Made by a program: the position numbers and the translations under genes
Notes under the pieces: generated by a model
What the model was told of the DNA's origin: nothing
What the model saw: the letters and a program-made list of their open reading frames with translations, nothing else
Database searches by the model: none
IMG/VR virus record: IMGVR_UViG_3300022468_000539
Location: 30,703-94,702 of that record
Reading direction: 5' to 3' (one strand)
Source of the DNA: a virus
Lineage: Duplodnaviria; Heunggongvirae; Uroviricota; Caudoviricetes
DNA length: 64,000 nucleotides
Part shown: piece after piece, positions 26,143-35,479 of the stretch
How the letters are laid out: every line of letters begins with the position of its first letter
How positions within the stretch are numbered: the first letter of the stretch is position 1

Positions 26143-26543
26143 TGACCCGAATTAATTCAAATATTCCACCTTCGGAATTGACTAGAGTACATCTAGTTGC
26201 TGAACTGCGTGAAATCACTATGGTGCCTGCCAGTTTGAAACGTTCTTTGCGTACTAAAACACCCAAAGACGTTTTGATTGGCATTCCTAAAAATTTCACA
26301 TTAAATGCAGGTCATGTCAAGTTTTTCCATAACAAGTTAGGCTTTCTCCAGAAGCGCTTCCATGCACTGGCTGATGAAATGGAGCGGCGCGGTTATACAC
26401 CTGATAGAAGCCGTGATGTTGCCTTTACAGGCTTCGATGAAGAGTGGATGAACGACTGGCAATCAACAAAGGTTGACGATGACATAGTTCGCGATAGAAT
26501 AGCTCTTCGCATATCAGAAAAACCGCATCTGTATAAAGATTGA
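26142..26543 (+). CDS. denV: pyrimidine-dimer DNA glycosylase, T4 endonuclease V-like
   Basis: MTRINSNIPPSELTRVHLVAELREI...GHVKFFHNKLGFLQKR aligns with T4 DenV ([24 protein letters not shown]...GHVTFFYDKLEFLRKR). Confidence 0.75.
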   Translation: MTRINSNIPPSELTRVHLVAELREITMVPASLKRSLRTKTPKDVLIGIPKNFTLNAGHVKFFHNKLGFLQKRFHALADEMERRGYTPDRSRDVAFTGFDEEWMNDWQSTKVDDDIVRDRIALRISEKPHLYKD

Positions 26544-26559
26544 CATAAGAAAGAATTAC

Positions 26560-27492
26560 ATGTTTGAAAATTTAGTTTGGGAACAACGCTATAGACCAAA
26601 GACTATTAGCGACACTATTTTGCCGCCATCCACCAAGAAAATGTTGAACGATATTATCAAGACCGGTAATATTCCCAATATGTTGTTTGCTGGCTCCGGT
26701 GGTATCGGTAAGACAACTGCAGCACGTGCTATTGCTGATGAAGTTGATGCAGAAATGCTTTACATTAACGCATCGCTTGAAGGTAATATCGATACGATCC
26801 GCACAACGCTCACACAGTTCGTGAGTACCGTTTCCATGGAAGACCGTCGCAAAATTGTTTTGCTTGATGAATCCGATTATCTCTCGAATTCCGCACAGCC
26901 TGCTTTACGTGGGTTTCTGGATGAATTCTCCAGTAATGCATCTTTCATTTTCACCTGCAACTTCCCACAGCGTATTATTGATCCGTTGATTTCTCGTTTG
27001 CAAGTTATCGACTTCAAATTTGCCAAGACCGAAAAGGTCGATGCAATGAAGCAGATGCTATCACGTGCGGAATATGTTCTCACAACCGAAGGCATCACCT
27101 ATGATAAAAAGGCTGTCGCAACACTGGTTGGTAAGTATTTTCCTGATTTCCGTAAGACTCTGGGCCAACTTCAGAAGTTCTCTACTTCCGGTGAGATTAC
27201 ATCCGATATCCTGAGTTTTGGGGATGGTTCTGACATTGATGAACTGATTGGCTACGTGAAGGATAAAAACTTCTCAAAATGCCGCCAGTGGGTCGCTAAT
27301 AGCTCTCCAGACGCATCAACGTTCTATCGTGCTATCTACGACAAGCTGCTGCCTATTTTGGTACCTGCAAGCATTCCTCCTGTCATTTTGGCTATTGCTG
27401 AATCTCAGTATCGTGCAAGTGCTACAATCGATCCAGAAATCAACACGGTTGCTTTCCTGATCCAACTAATGTCAACAGCACAATTTAAATGA
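26560..27492 (+). CDS. 44: clamp-loader large subunit, T4 gp44-like (AAA+)
   Basis: WEQRYRPKTISD, Walker A GSGGIGKTT, DFRKTLGQL all matching T4 gp44. Confidence 0.75.
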   Translation: MFENLVWEQRYRPKTISDTILPPSTKKMLNDIIKTGNIPNMLFAGSGGIGKTTAARAIADEVDAEMLYINASLEGNIDTIRTTLTQFVSTVSMEDRRKIVLLDESDYLSNSAQPALRGFLDEFSSNASFIFTCNFPQRIIDPLISRLQVIDFKFAKTEKVDAMKQMLSRAEYVLTTEGITYDKKAVATLVGKYFPDFRKTLGQLQKFSTSGEITSDILSFGDGSDIDELIGYVKDKNFSKCRQWVANSSPDASTFYRAIYDKLLPILVPASIPPVILAIAESQYRASATIDPEINTVAFLIQLMSTAQFK

Positions 27493-27941
27493 AATACACT
27501 AGATCGATATTAGGATTTTCTGGCGAGTATCGATTTCTTTCTAACTTCTACCCAATTGAGTTTGAAGTAGATGGTGAGTTGTATACATCATCAGAGCAAT
27601 ACTACATGGCTGCTAAATGTGCAGACCCTCTGGAACGTGCTAAGATAATGGCTTTCGACAAACCAAGTCTAATCAAGAAATTGGGTAGCAAGGTTAAGCT
27701 GGTTGAAGGTTGGGATGATGGATTGCGCGACAAAGCGATGATGACTGCTTTGAAGGCTAAATTCTCGACCCACTTAAAAGGTAGTCTGTATATGACTACC
27801 GGTGCCTATCTAGAAGAAACCAATCATTGGAACGATACCTATTGGGGTGTCTGTGACGGTGTTGGTCAAAATAAATTAGGTCGCATGTTGATGTGGTTGC
27901 GTGACCATCATCTGTTTAAAAATTTCGAGGATTGTCCTTAA
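27489..27941 (+). CDS. NADAR-domain (YbiA-like) protein
   Basis: GEYRFLSNFYPIEFEVDGELYTSSEQYYMAAK is the NADAR/DUF1768 signature. Inserted between the 44 and 62 homologues. Confidence 0.55.
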   Translation: MKYTRSILGFSGEYRFLSNFYPIEFEVDGELYTSSEQYYMAAKCADPLERAKIMAFDKPSLIKKLGSKVKLVEGWDDGLRDKAMMTALKAKFSTHLKGSLYMTTGAYLEETNHWNDTYWGVCDGVGQNKLGRMLMWLRDHHLFKNFEDCP

Positions 27942-28345
27942 TGCCCTCCCCATTTGATTACGTAAAATCATTTACATCCACAAAGGTGAACCTGTATGAG
28001 ACAGAATCACTTTTCATAAAGGATTATGTACCCTTTGTTGTCAATCGTGCCCTGTCAAATGATCCTAGGTGCGCTTTATTCGTGGATGCCATAGCTACCT
28101 ACCCAGACCTAGATAAAAAGCTGCAGCACGACTTCTATTTCTATGGCCTACCCAAGTTGAAGACTGGTAGCATGTGGACAAAGAAACAGGATGCCGAACT
28201 GAATATGGATCATGTCAAGATACTGGCAACTGATCTTAATGTATCGATAGAAAGAGCTATTGAGCTACTACCTTTGATTGACGAAGAAGAATTGGTTAAC
28301 TATGCCAAACTACAGGGTGGCAAAGTGGGTAAGCGCGGGAAATAG
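27932..28345 (+). CDS. 62: clamp-loader small subunit, T4 gp62-like
   Basis: Position between 44 and regA; FVVNRALSNDPRCALFVDAIATYP resembles gp62 [22 protein letters not shown]. Confidence 0.5.
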   Translation: MSLMPSPFDYVKSFTSTKVNLYETESLFIKDYVPFVVNRALSNDPRCALFVDAIATYPDLDKKLQHDFYFYGLPKLKTGSMWTKKQDAELNMDHVKILATDLNVSIERAIELLPLIDEEELVNYAKLQGGKVGKRGK

Positions 28346-28388
28346 TAGCATAAATATGTTCATGTTAAACTCTATATCATGAACTATT

Positions 28389-28784
28389 ATGTCAGAAAAC
28401 TTTGAATACGGTGTTGAAATCACTCTTCCCAAACCAGACTCCTTTGCTATCATTGTCGAGTCATTGACTCGTATCGGCATCAAATCCAAAAAATCCAATA
28501 CCCTGTATCAAAGCTGCAGTTTGCTTCATAGGCGTGGTAAGTATTACATCATGCACTATAAGGAATTTTTCAAGATTGATGGTAAACATGCTGAGATTGA
28601 TGAAGAAGATTTACGTAGGCGGAATGAGATTACCAAGCTACTTGCCAAATGGGGACTCTGTGTTATAGTTGATAAAGATTCGGTTGCACTGGCAACACCA
28701 GAAACTCCGATTGATATTATTCCATTCAAAGTTAAAAAAGAATGGGCATTAATTCCTAAATACACGGTAGGTAAAAAGAAATAA
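28389..28784 (+). CDS. regA: translational repressor RegA
   Basis: VEITLPKPDSF...TLYQSCSLLHRRGKYYIMHYKEF...KKEWALIPKYTVGK aligns with T4 RegA. Confidence 0.75.
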   Translation: MSENFEYGVEITLPKPDSFAIIVESLTRIGIKSKKSNTLYQSCSLLHRRGKYYIMHYKEFFKIDGKHAEIDEEDLRRRNEITKLLAKWGLCVIVDKDSVALATPETPIDIIPFKVKKEWALIPKYTVGKKK

Positions 28785-28799
28785 GGTGAAACAAATATT

Positions 28800-29249
28800 A
28801 TGATTGATGTGAAATTTTTAGAACAGTTTGTCAGTAAATTGGATTTAAAAAACCCAACCTTGGATAACAACTTTTATATATCAAAGGTTCAGAAAATAGC
28901 GTCAACCAGACTTATTGGTATGAATTTACCAAGAATGAGCGGAAAGACTGATGCTCTTGAACAATATGCACTGACTCGATCTGCATTACGTTTTGATGGT
29001 GTTCGGTGTAGATTTGTAACCCGCTTTGGAAATGAAAGTTATTTTGATAATTCTTTCACCATAGGTAGTTTCCGTGGGCAACGTAGCAACGGTTTGAAAT
29101 ATCAATGCTGTGTGGCTGACGAATTCAATCTTCATATGAGAAAAGAAGGGGTTAAAGATTTTTTCTGGCAAACTATCATTGATCTAAATAATGCAAATAT
29201 GTTGACCGATGATTTTTATATCCTATATCTTGGTACTGAATTAGTATGA
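28800..29249 (+). CDS. hypothetical protein
   Basis: 149-aa ORF. Confidence 0.4.
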   Translation: MIDVKFLEQFVSKLDLKNPTLDNNFYISKVQKIASTRLIGMNLPRMSGKTDALEQYALTRSALRFDGVRCRFVTRFGNESYFDNSFTIGSFRGQRSNGLKYQCCVADEFNLHMRKEGVKDFFWQTIIDLNNANMLTDDFYILYLGTELV

Positions 29250-29473
29250 TCGATGACGGAAAAGGCCCCATTAACCAGATGTTAGATTCTGCACCACCAA
29301 GAGTATTCGGTGGTCGGTTTTTAGTCAAAGGCTCGACCTTCGATAATGGTGTTGACAAACCATCTATCATGATTATAGTTACTGATCTGATTGACAAAAA
29401 CTTTAAGATCAAATTCTTTAAGGATGCTGAATCTGCTGCCAGCTACCTTAAACTTCTCGACGCAGCAAAATAA
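29246..29473 (+). CDS. hypothetical protein
   Basis: 75-aa ORF. Confidence 0.35.
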   Translation: MIDDGKGPINQMLDSAPPRVFGGRFLVKGSTFDNGVDKPSIMIIVTDLIDKNFKIKFFKDAESAASYLKLLDAAK

Positions 29474-29487
29474 AAGGAAATATCATT

Positions 29488-29772
29488 ATGAGTATCGTGC
29501 AAACATCCCAAATCAACTTCCCTAACGATCCCGCAACCCTGAAGACCATTAAGGATGCATTGTTTGAAATCAGCGCATCCATGACACGTGTAGAGGGTGA
29601 AAAAGATTTCCAGAAAGAAGCACTGAGTGATCTGGCTGAGAAAACCGAAGTGCCGGTCAAGTTTTTAAAGACATGTGCCTCCATTTACCATCGCCAGAAT
29701 AAAGACCAAGTAGAAGGTGATAAAGAGGCAGTTTTTGAGCTTTATGACGCTATTTTTGGAGAGGCTTCTTAA
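29488..29772 (+). CDS. hypothetical protein
   Basis: 94-aa ORF. Confidence 0.4.
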   Translation: MSIVQTSQINFPNDPATLKTIKDALFEISASMTRVEGEKDFQKEALSDLAEKTEVPVKFLKTCASIYHRQNKDQVEGDKEAVFELYDAIFGEAS

Positions 29773-30694
29773 TAGCGTACCAACCTCTAAAAGGTACAAC
29801 TTTATCTAAATGGTGGTTCATTTTAATAGGTGATCCACCATTTCTATATGATATTCGTAGTGCCGATTCTGGTAGACCATTTTCATTACAGTATTCGATA
29901 AAGTTACCGACTGCAGTGTGACGCAAAATACCAAGTTCATCAAAAATTTCAATAATCGAAGCAGTATTTGAGTTTGAACCTGATACCGCCAGTTTGTGAT
30001 TTTCTTTATGTGTTTCTGACCATTCGTTAGGAATACCTATTTTAGAATCTGAGATTTTTTTTCTATGTTCTTGTGAAAGCGGCACACCTTTATTAGGATT
30101 TGAATATGATGGATTTAAATCAGACATCTTCTGATTTTTATTCCAAACAGGCTTTTCTTTGCGTGTCTTTTTAAATTTTTCGATTGTTTCTTCTGAATGT
30201 TTCTTACCTTTCATTCCAGAAACACGACCTTTGAGTGATGCACTTATCTTTTTCTTTGTTGCTTCCGAAGGCTTTCTACGTTTTTTGACACCTGCGCGAA
30301 TATTTTCTAGTGCTGCTCCAGTTCTTTTTGGGTATTTCTTACCCTTTAATTTTGAAGCAACACCTTTGAGTGGATTATACTTTTCATCATATGCCATTTT
30401 TGATGCAAAGGCTCTGTTAATATAAAGTGGATTATTTGGAGCATTAACTGCTTTCTGCAACTTATTTTCTTTCTCTGTTGCCTCATCTCTCGTTTTAAAT
30501 GTTTTTAAAATGATTGTTTTGAAAAGGTGAGGGCTTGTTGCTCTTTCTGAAGCCCAAATGCTTTTAAACATTTTTGATGAAACACTACCGTTGTAGTTTT
30601 CATTTTGTATCCGGTTTACAGTTGTTGAGCCGATATAAAAAGGTGGAAGTTTGTTACCACTATAGATAGTGAGATAGACGCAATAAATAGACAT
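29750..30694 (-). CDS. GIY-YIG homing endonuclease (Seg-like) with NUMOD3 repeats
   Basis: IYCVYLTIYSGNKLPPFYIGST (GIY..YIG), catalytic R/E region, repeated S.E.R.KIS NUMOD3-like motifs. Antisense to, and immediately upstream of, gene 43. Confidence 0.6.
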   Translation of the reverse strand: MSIYCVYLTIYSGNKLPPFYIGSTTVNRIQNENYNGSVSSKMFKSIWASERATSPHLFKTIILKTFKTRDEATEKENKLQKAVNAPNNPLYINRAFASKMAYDEKYNPLKGVASKLKGKKYPKRTGAALENIRAGVKKRRKPSEATKKKISASLKGRVSGMKGKKHSEETIEKFKKTRKEKPVWNKNQKMSDLNPSYSNPNKGVPLSQEHRKKISDSKIGIPNEWSETHKENHKLAVSGSNSNTASIIEIFDELGILRHTAVGNFIEYCNENGLPESALRISYRNGGSPIKMNHHLDKVVPFRGWYAIKKPLQK

Positions 30695-30817
30695 GCTGAT
30701 AGTTCCTTGTAAACTGTTAGAGGTCTTGGGTATTGGCGTACCGCGAAGACCATTTTTGTTGACTGTAGCGATTAGAGGGCTACAATATTATTTATTGTTT
30801 ACGGAATGTCTACTCTG

Positions 30818-30837
30818 TAAACTTTGTGTAAAGTTTA
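30818..30837 (+). promoter_or_regulatory. perfect hairpin TAAACTTT-GTGT-AAAGTTTA in the gene 43 5'UTR (candidate gp43 translational operator)
   Basis: 8-bp stem and 4-nt loop, 22 nt upstream of the gp43 ATG, just 5' of the SD AAAGGTGA. Confidence 0.4.
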
Positions 30838-30859
30838 TGTAAAGGTGAAATAACTATTA

Positions 30860-33391
30860 ATGATCGAACAACAAATATATACACACGTTTCATCGCGATA
30901 TGGAAAAATATTCTATCGTGGATATGAAATGAAGAATGGTAAAAAGGTTCGTGTACATGGCAAGATTCCATTTTCTCCTACCATCTATCTTGAAACAGGT
31001 GAAGAGTCTGAATACAAGAGTATCTATGGTAAAAATCTGAAGCCAAAAAAGTTTGATACCATTCCTGCAGCACGTGAGTATGTGAAGCAGTATAAGGATG
31101 TTCTCAAGCTGTACGGATATGAACCAAATCGTTGGCAGTATGAATTCATTGCCAAAAACTATCCTAATCCAATGCAATCCATGGTGTCGGATTTGAAGGC
31201 TACAGGGTTCGATATTGAGACTCGTGTTGGGGTGAATGCGCCGCCGGGCGTACCTGATCCCTACCTTGCCCTCGAAGAGATTACCCACATTGCTTTTGAG
31301 GATCATGCGACAGGTGAAATGGTCAGTTACACCACTGCACCTATCACCATCACAGAGCATGAAGGCTGTAAACTGATTCGCTTCGATACTGAGGAAGAAT
31401 TACTCGAAGCCATTATTCAATACATAGAGAAAGAAGACCCTGATATCATCTACGGTTTCTACTCCGAATTCTTTGATGTACCTTATCTTATCAACCGGAT
31501 CAATCGGGTGTTGGGTGATGAAGTTGCAAATCGTCTGTCTCCATTTGGCATGATTGACGAGCGTGAATACGAAGTGGATGAAGAGGTTCGTAAGGAATAT
31601 ACCATTGTTGGTAGAACACATTACGACATTCAAGCCATGTACCGAAAATTCGTTCTTCAGAAAGAAGAAAAGTACAGTTTGGATCATTTGGCAAAGGTGA
31701 ATCTAGGCGTAGGTAAGCTGGAAAATCCATGCACGACATTCAAGCAGTTCAGTGAGTCCCCAGAGCATGTGAATCTGTTTGCACAGTACAACGTGATTGA
31801 CACAAAACGTATGACACAGTTGGATAAGGCGAAGGGTCTGTTGGCTTTGGGTGTGATGCTGGCTTACACAATGAAATGCTCTTTTGAGGATGTGTATTCT
31901 CCGGTGCGGTATTGGGAGTGTAGTATCCAATCGATGCTGTTGAATGAGGGTAAGTTTGTTGCTATCAATCGGCAGAGCAATGGGAATGAGTCGATTCCGG
32001 GCGCGTATGTCTCAGAGCCAATTCCGGGCCTCTACGCATGGCTAATCTCCATCGATGCGGCATCGCTATACCCAAGCATTATGAAGGCTCTAAACCTGTC
32101 TCCCGAGACTCTGGTTGGTGTCAAGGATGGTGTCGATGTTGATCAACTTCTTTTGGGCAAAACACTCAAAGATTTTGGTATCACAGAAGACTATACACTG
32201 GCTGCTAACGGTGCCATGTTTAGAAAAGATGTGAAGGGTATCGTGCCACGTGTTGTTGACTTTGCTCTGGGTGGTCGTAAGATTGCTAAGAACGAAATGT
32301 TGCGATTGAAGCAACTTTACGTTGATACCGGTGATGCGCAATACAAGGTTAAATCTGACATTCAGAACGTGCTTCAGAACGCGCTTAAAACGGGCGCTAA
32401 CAGTTTGTACGGAGTGTTCTTACAGCAAGGCTTCATGTTCTATGATCCTCGCCTTGGAAAGGCTATTACGCTGTCTGGTCAGTACATCATCATGAAGGTA
32501 GGTAGTCACTGTGATAAACGGTTCAATGAATTCTTCAAAACCGATAACCTGACATACACTTTCTACAGCGATACCGATAGCTGCTACTTGAACATGCAGC
32601 CGGTGGTTGATAAGTATTGGAAGGATCAGCCCGACATGAAAATCGTGGATGCTCTGGACAAGTTGATGGAAACAAAACTGCGACCATTTATCAACGAAGC
32701 TACTGATGAAATTGCAAGAGTGCAGAATCACTATGACAAGACCATCCACTTTAAACGTGAAGCAATTTCTTCTTCTGGTTTCTGGTGTGCAAAAAAGAAG
32801 TACGCTATCAAAGTGTATGACAACGAAGGTGTGCGATATCCAGAGGGTGATTACAAGATCATGGGTATCGAAGTGGTGCGATCCAGTACACCACAGCTAG
32901 TGCGTGACAGATTGAAAGAAGCTGTTAAACTGATTATTGATGGCAAGTTGCAAGAGACACGAGATTTTGCAGCGGCTGTTAGAAAAGAGTTTGATGGATG
33001 CTCGGTTGCGGAGATTGCGTTTCCGGGTGGCGCTAACAATCTCGCCAAATGGCGTGATCCTAACAAGATTTACAACAAGGGCACACCAATCGCTGCTAAG
33101 GCTTCTTTGCTCTACAACAAACTGTTGGCAGGTGTGGAGAATGGTCTTGAAAAATACGATGCGATTGGTGAGGGTGACAAAATTAAGTTCATTTACATTG
33201 ATGAACCTAATCCCATTAGAGAAAAAATCATCGGCTTCATAGATGACTTGCCGGTTGAATTTGGTCTACACAAATACATTGATAGAGCAGTTCAATACGA
33301 GAAGACTTTTAAGAATCCGTTGAACAATATTTTTAAGGCTGTTGGTTGGCAATTGGAAGAGCAAGTAACGCTTGACGAGTTTTTTGGGTAG
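30860..33391 (+). CDS. 43: family-B DNA polymerase, T4 gp43-like
   Basis: Exo motifs (FDIETR.., YNVIDT); Pol motif A DAASLYPSIM; motif B KxxxNSxYG (KTGANSLYGV); motif C YSDTDS. Confidence 0.8.
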   Translation: MIEQQIYTHVSSRYGKIFYRGYEMKNGKKVRVHGKIPFSPTIYLETGEESEYKSIYGKNLKPKKFDTIPAAREYVKQYKDVLKLYGYEPNRWQYEFIAKNYPNPMQSMVSDLKATGFDIETRVGVNAPPGVPDPYLALEEITHIAFEDHATGEMVSYTTAPITITEHEGCKLIRFDTEEELLEAIIQYIEKEDPDIIYGFYSEFFDVPYLINRINRVLGDEVANRLSPFGMIDEREYEVDEEVRKEYTIVGRTHYDIQAMYRKFVLQKEEKYSLDHLAKVNLGVGKLENPCTTFKQFSESPEHVNLFAQYNVIDTKRMTQLDKAKGLLALGVMLAYTMKCSFEDVYSPVRYWECSIQSMLLNEGKFVAINRQSNGNESIPGAYVSEPIPGLYAWLISIDAASLYPSIMKALNLSPETLVGVKDGVDVDQLLLGKTLKDFGITEDYTLAANGAMFRKDVKGIVPRVVDFALGGRKIAKNEMLRLKQLYVDTGDAQYKVKSDIQNVLQNALKTGANSLYGVFLQQGFMFYDPRLGKAITLSGQYIIMKVGSHCDKRFNEFFKTDNLTYTFYSDTDSCYLNMQPVVDKYWKDQPDMKIVDALDKLMETKLRPFINEATDEIARVQNHYDKTIHFKREAISSSGFWCAKKKYAIKVYDNEGVRYPEGDYKIMGIEVVRSSTPQLVRDRLKEAVKLIIDGKLQETRDFAAAVRKEFDGCSVAEIAFPGGANNLAKWRDPNKIYNKGTPIAAKASLLYNKLLAGVENGLEKYDAIGEGDKIKFIYIDEPNPIREKIIGFIDDLPVEFGLHKYIDRAVQYEKTFKNPLNNIFKAVGWQLEEQVTLDEFFG

Positions 33392-33457
33392 ACGATAAAT
33401 ATAAGCATGGTTACAGGTAGACCATGCTTATTAATCAACACTACCAAAAGGAAACTT

Positions 33458-34357
33458 ATGTTTAGACTACTCGTTAAAACCCATAACAAAACGGGTTTAA
33501 ATTATCTCTGCGTGACAGAGAAAGAAAATTATGAAAAGTATGCTGGCTCTGGTCTTTACTGGAAGCGTCATATTAAAGAACATGGAAGCGACATAACTAC
33601 TGTTGTTCTTTATGAATCTGAAACTAAAACACAAGATTTTATAGATACATGTCTATACTACTCTACTATTTTAAATGTAGTTGAATCATCCGAATGGGCG
33701 AACCTAATACCTGAAAATGCTAATTCTGTTGGATATAGAAGTTCTTCTAATGAAGAAACTATATTCAAGATAAAAAGTGGTTTAAAAAGATTTTATGAGT
33801 CTGAAGAATCTATCAAAACTCGTGATTCCATTTCCAAAAGAATGAAACATCTATGTTCCGATCCGGTATATAGAGAAGAGATGGCTTTACGTCGATCTGA
33901 ATATGTTGCCAATATCGAAAATCGTGAGACAATATCTAAGCAAATGAAAGATTTTTGGAAAAATGCAGATTCAGAATTTAAACACTCGCATAGCGAGAAA
34001 ACATCTATAGGCCGTTTGCTGATGTCTGAAGATGCTAAGAAATCTAGAGCAGACAAAATCACAAAAAGTTTTGCTAATTCTGAAAAGAGAAAAGAATTTG
34101 AGCTAACGATGAAAACTGACAGATTGGGTGGCAAAAACCCATATGCTAGGCAAGTTTATTATTATGGTAAAATTTTTGATACTCGAACATCTTTTTATGA
34201 CTATATAAAATCAATAGGTGTAAGTAAAAATTCAGTTATTATGAAGCTCAGATATAAAACCGATCCTGAATGCTATTTAGTAGATAGAGTTAACGATAGT
34301 CTCTCCAAAACTATCAACCAAACTAAGGAAATAAAATATGAATCCACTAATGAGTAA
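33458..34357 (+). CDS. GIY-YIG homing endonuclease with NUMOD3 repeats (second copy)
   Basis: KTGLNYLCVTEKENYEKYAGSG...WKRHIKEHG resembles the I-TevI/Seg catalytic core; S.E.R.KIS repeats. Start moved to the RBS-supported ATG at 33458. Confidence 0.55.
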   Translation: MFRLLVKTHNKTGLNYLCVTEKENYEKYAGSGLYWKRHIKEHGSDITTVVLYESETKTQDFIDTCLYYSTILNVVESSEWANLIPENANSVGYRSSSNEETIFKIKSGLKRFYESEESIKTRDSISKRMKHLCSDPVYREEMALRRSEYVANIENRETISKQMKDFWKNADSEFKHSHSEKTSIGRLLMSEDAKKSRADKITKSFANSEKRKEFELTMKTDRLGGKNPYARQVYYYGKIFDTRTSFYDYIKSIGVSKNSVIMKLRYKTDPECYLVDRVNDSLSKTINQTKEIKYESTNE

Positions 34358-35399
34358 ATTAATGAAAGCAACATCAGTTGTTGGAGCGTCTGTTTTAGCA
34401 GACTCTTCATTTTTTAATGCAAAAAATCAGGTCACAACAAGTATGCCGATTTTGAATGCAGCTTTTTCTGGAGAATTGGATGGTGGGTTTGCGCCGGGGA
34501 TTACCGTTATCTCTGGTGAATCAAAAACATTTAAATCTGCATTGACATTGTTTTCTTTGAAAGCATATCTAGACAAATACGAAGACTCTGTTGGTATTAT
34601 CTATGACAATGAATACGGTATTACACCAGCATATATCAAATCTTTTGGTATTGACCCTTCGCGAGTTATCCATATTCCCTTTGAGCATATCGAACAACTT
34701 AAATTTGATTTTGTTAAAAAACTGGAAGAGTTGAAGGCGGGTGATCATGTATTTTTTATGGTTGACTCTATTGGTCAAGCAAGCTCTAAAAAAGAAGTTG
34801 AAGATGCTCATGATGAAAAATCCGTGGCTGATATGACTCGTGCCAAAGCTATTCGATCCTTTTTGCGACTTATTACTGTTCAATTAACAAAGAAAGAATT
34901 GCCTTGTTTCTTGATTAACCACGTGTATGTTGAAATCGGTGCCATGTATCCGAAGACGATTATTCCGGGCGGCACTGCCATGACCTACGTTGCTAACCAA
35001 ATTTTTGTGATTACAAAGTCACAAGAAAAAGGTAGTGATGGTGAAATTGAAGGTTGGCATTTCAATATCAATATTCACAAATCACGAAGTGTAAAGGAAA
35101 AATCTAAGTTCACCTTTACAGTTATGTATGAGCAGGGTATTGTGCGGTATTCTGGTTTGTTAGACTTGGCTTTAGAATCTGGTCTTGTACAAAAACCAAA
35201 ACAGGGTTGGTATGTTCTTGTAAACCCCGAGACAGGTGAATTGGGTGAAAAGAATTTCCGTGCAAAAGAGTTTGATACAGTGTATGCTCCTAAGCTGGTT
35301 AAAGAGACAAAATTTAAAGAATTTGTGAAAAATAGGTTTCAACTCACTGCTATGCACGTAGTAGATGCGGAGCCTGAAGCGGAAGATTTGGAAGACTAA
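34338..35399 (+). CDS. uvsX: RecA-like recombinase UvsX
   Basis: LMSKLMKATS...FFNAKNQVTTSMPILNAAFSGELDGG...ISGESKTFKS...EYGITPAYIKSFGIDPSRVIH aligns with T4 UvsX. Confidence 0.8.
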   Translation: MNPLMSKLMKATSVVGASVLADSSFFNAKNQVTTSMPILNAAFSGELDGGFAPGITVISGESKTFKSALTLFSLKAYLDKYEDSVGIIYDNEYGITPAYIKSFGIDPSRVIHIPFEHIEQLKFDFVKKLEELKAGDHVFFMVDSIGQASSKKEVEDAHDEKSVADMTRAKAIRSFLRLITVQLTKKELPCFLINHVYVEIGAMYPKTIIPGGTAMTYVANQIFVITKSQEKGSDGEIEGWHFNINIHKSRSVKEKSKFTFTVMYEQGIVRYSGLLDLALESGLVQKPKQGWYVLVNPETGELGEKNFRAKEFDTVYAPKLVKETKFKEFVKNRFQLTAMHVVDAEPEAEDLED

Positions 35400-35420
35400 C
35401 CACTTCTTTACAAAATGGGA

Positions 35421-35460
35421 AAGGGGCTTAGAATAAAACACTAAGCCCCCTTGTAGTTTA
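35421..35460 (+). terminator. hairpin GGGGCTTAG..CTAAGCCCC after uvsX (weak T-run)
   Basis: 9-bp stem; followed by CTTGTAGTTTA. Confidence 0.35.
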
Positions 35461-35479
35461 TGCATAAGAAAGATAATGA

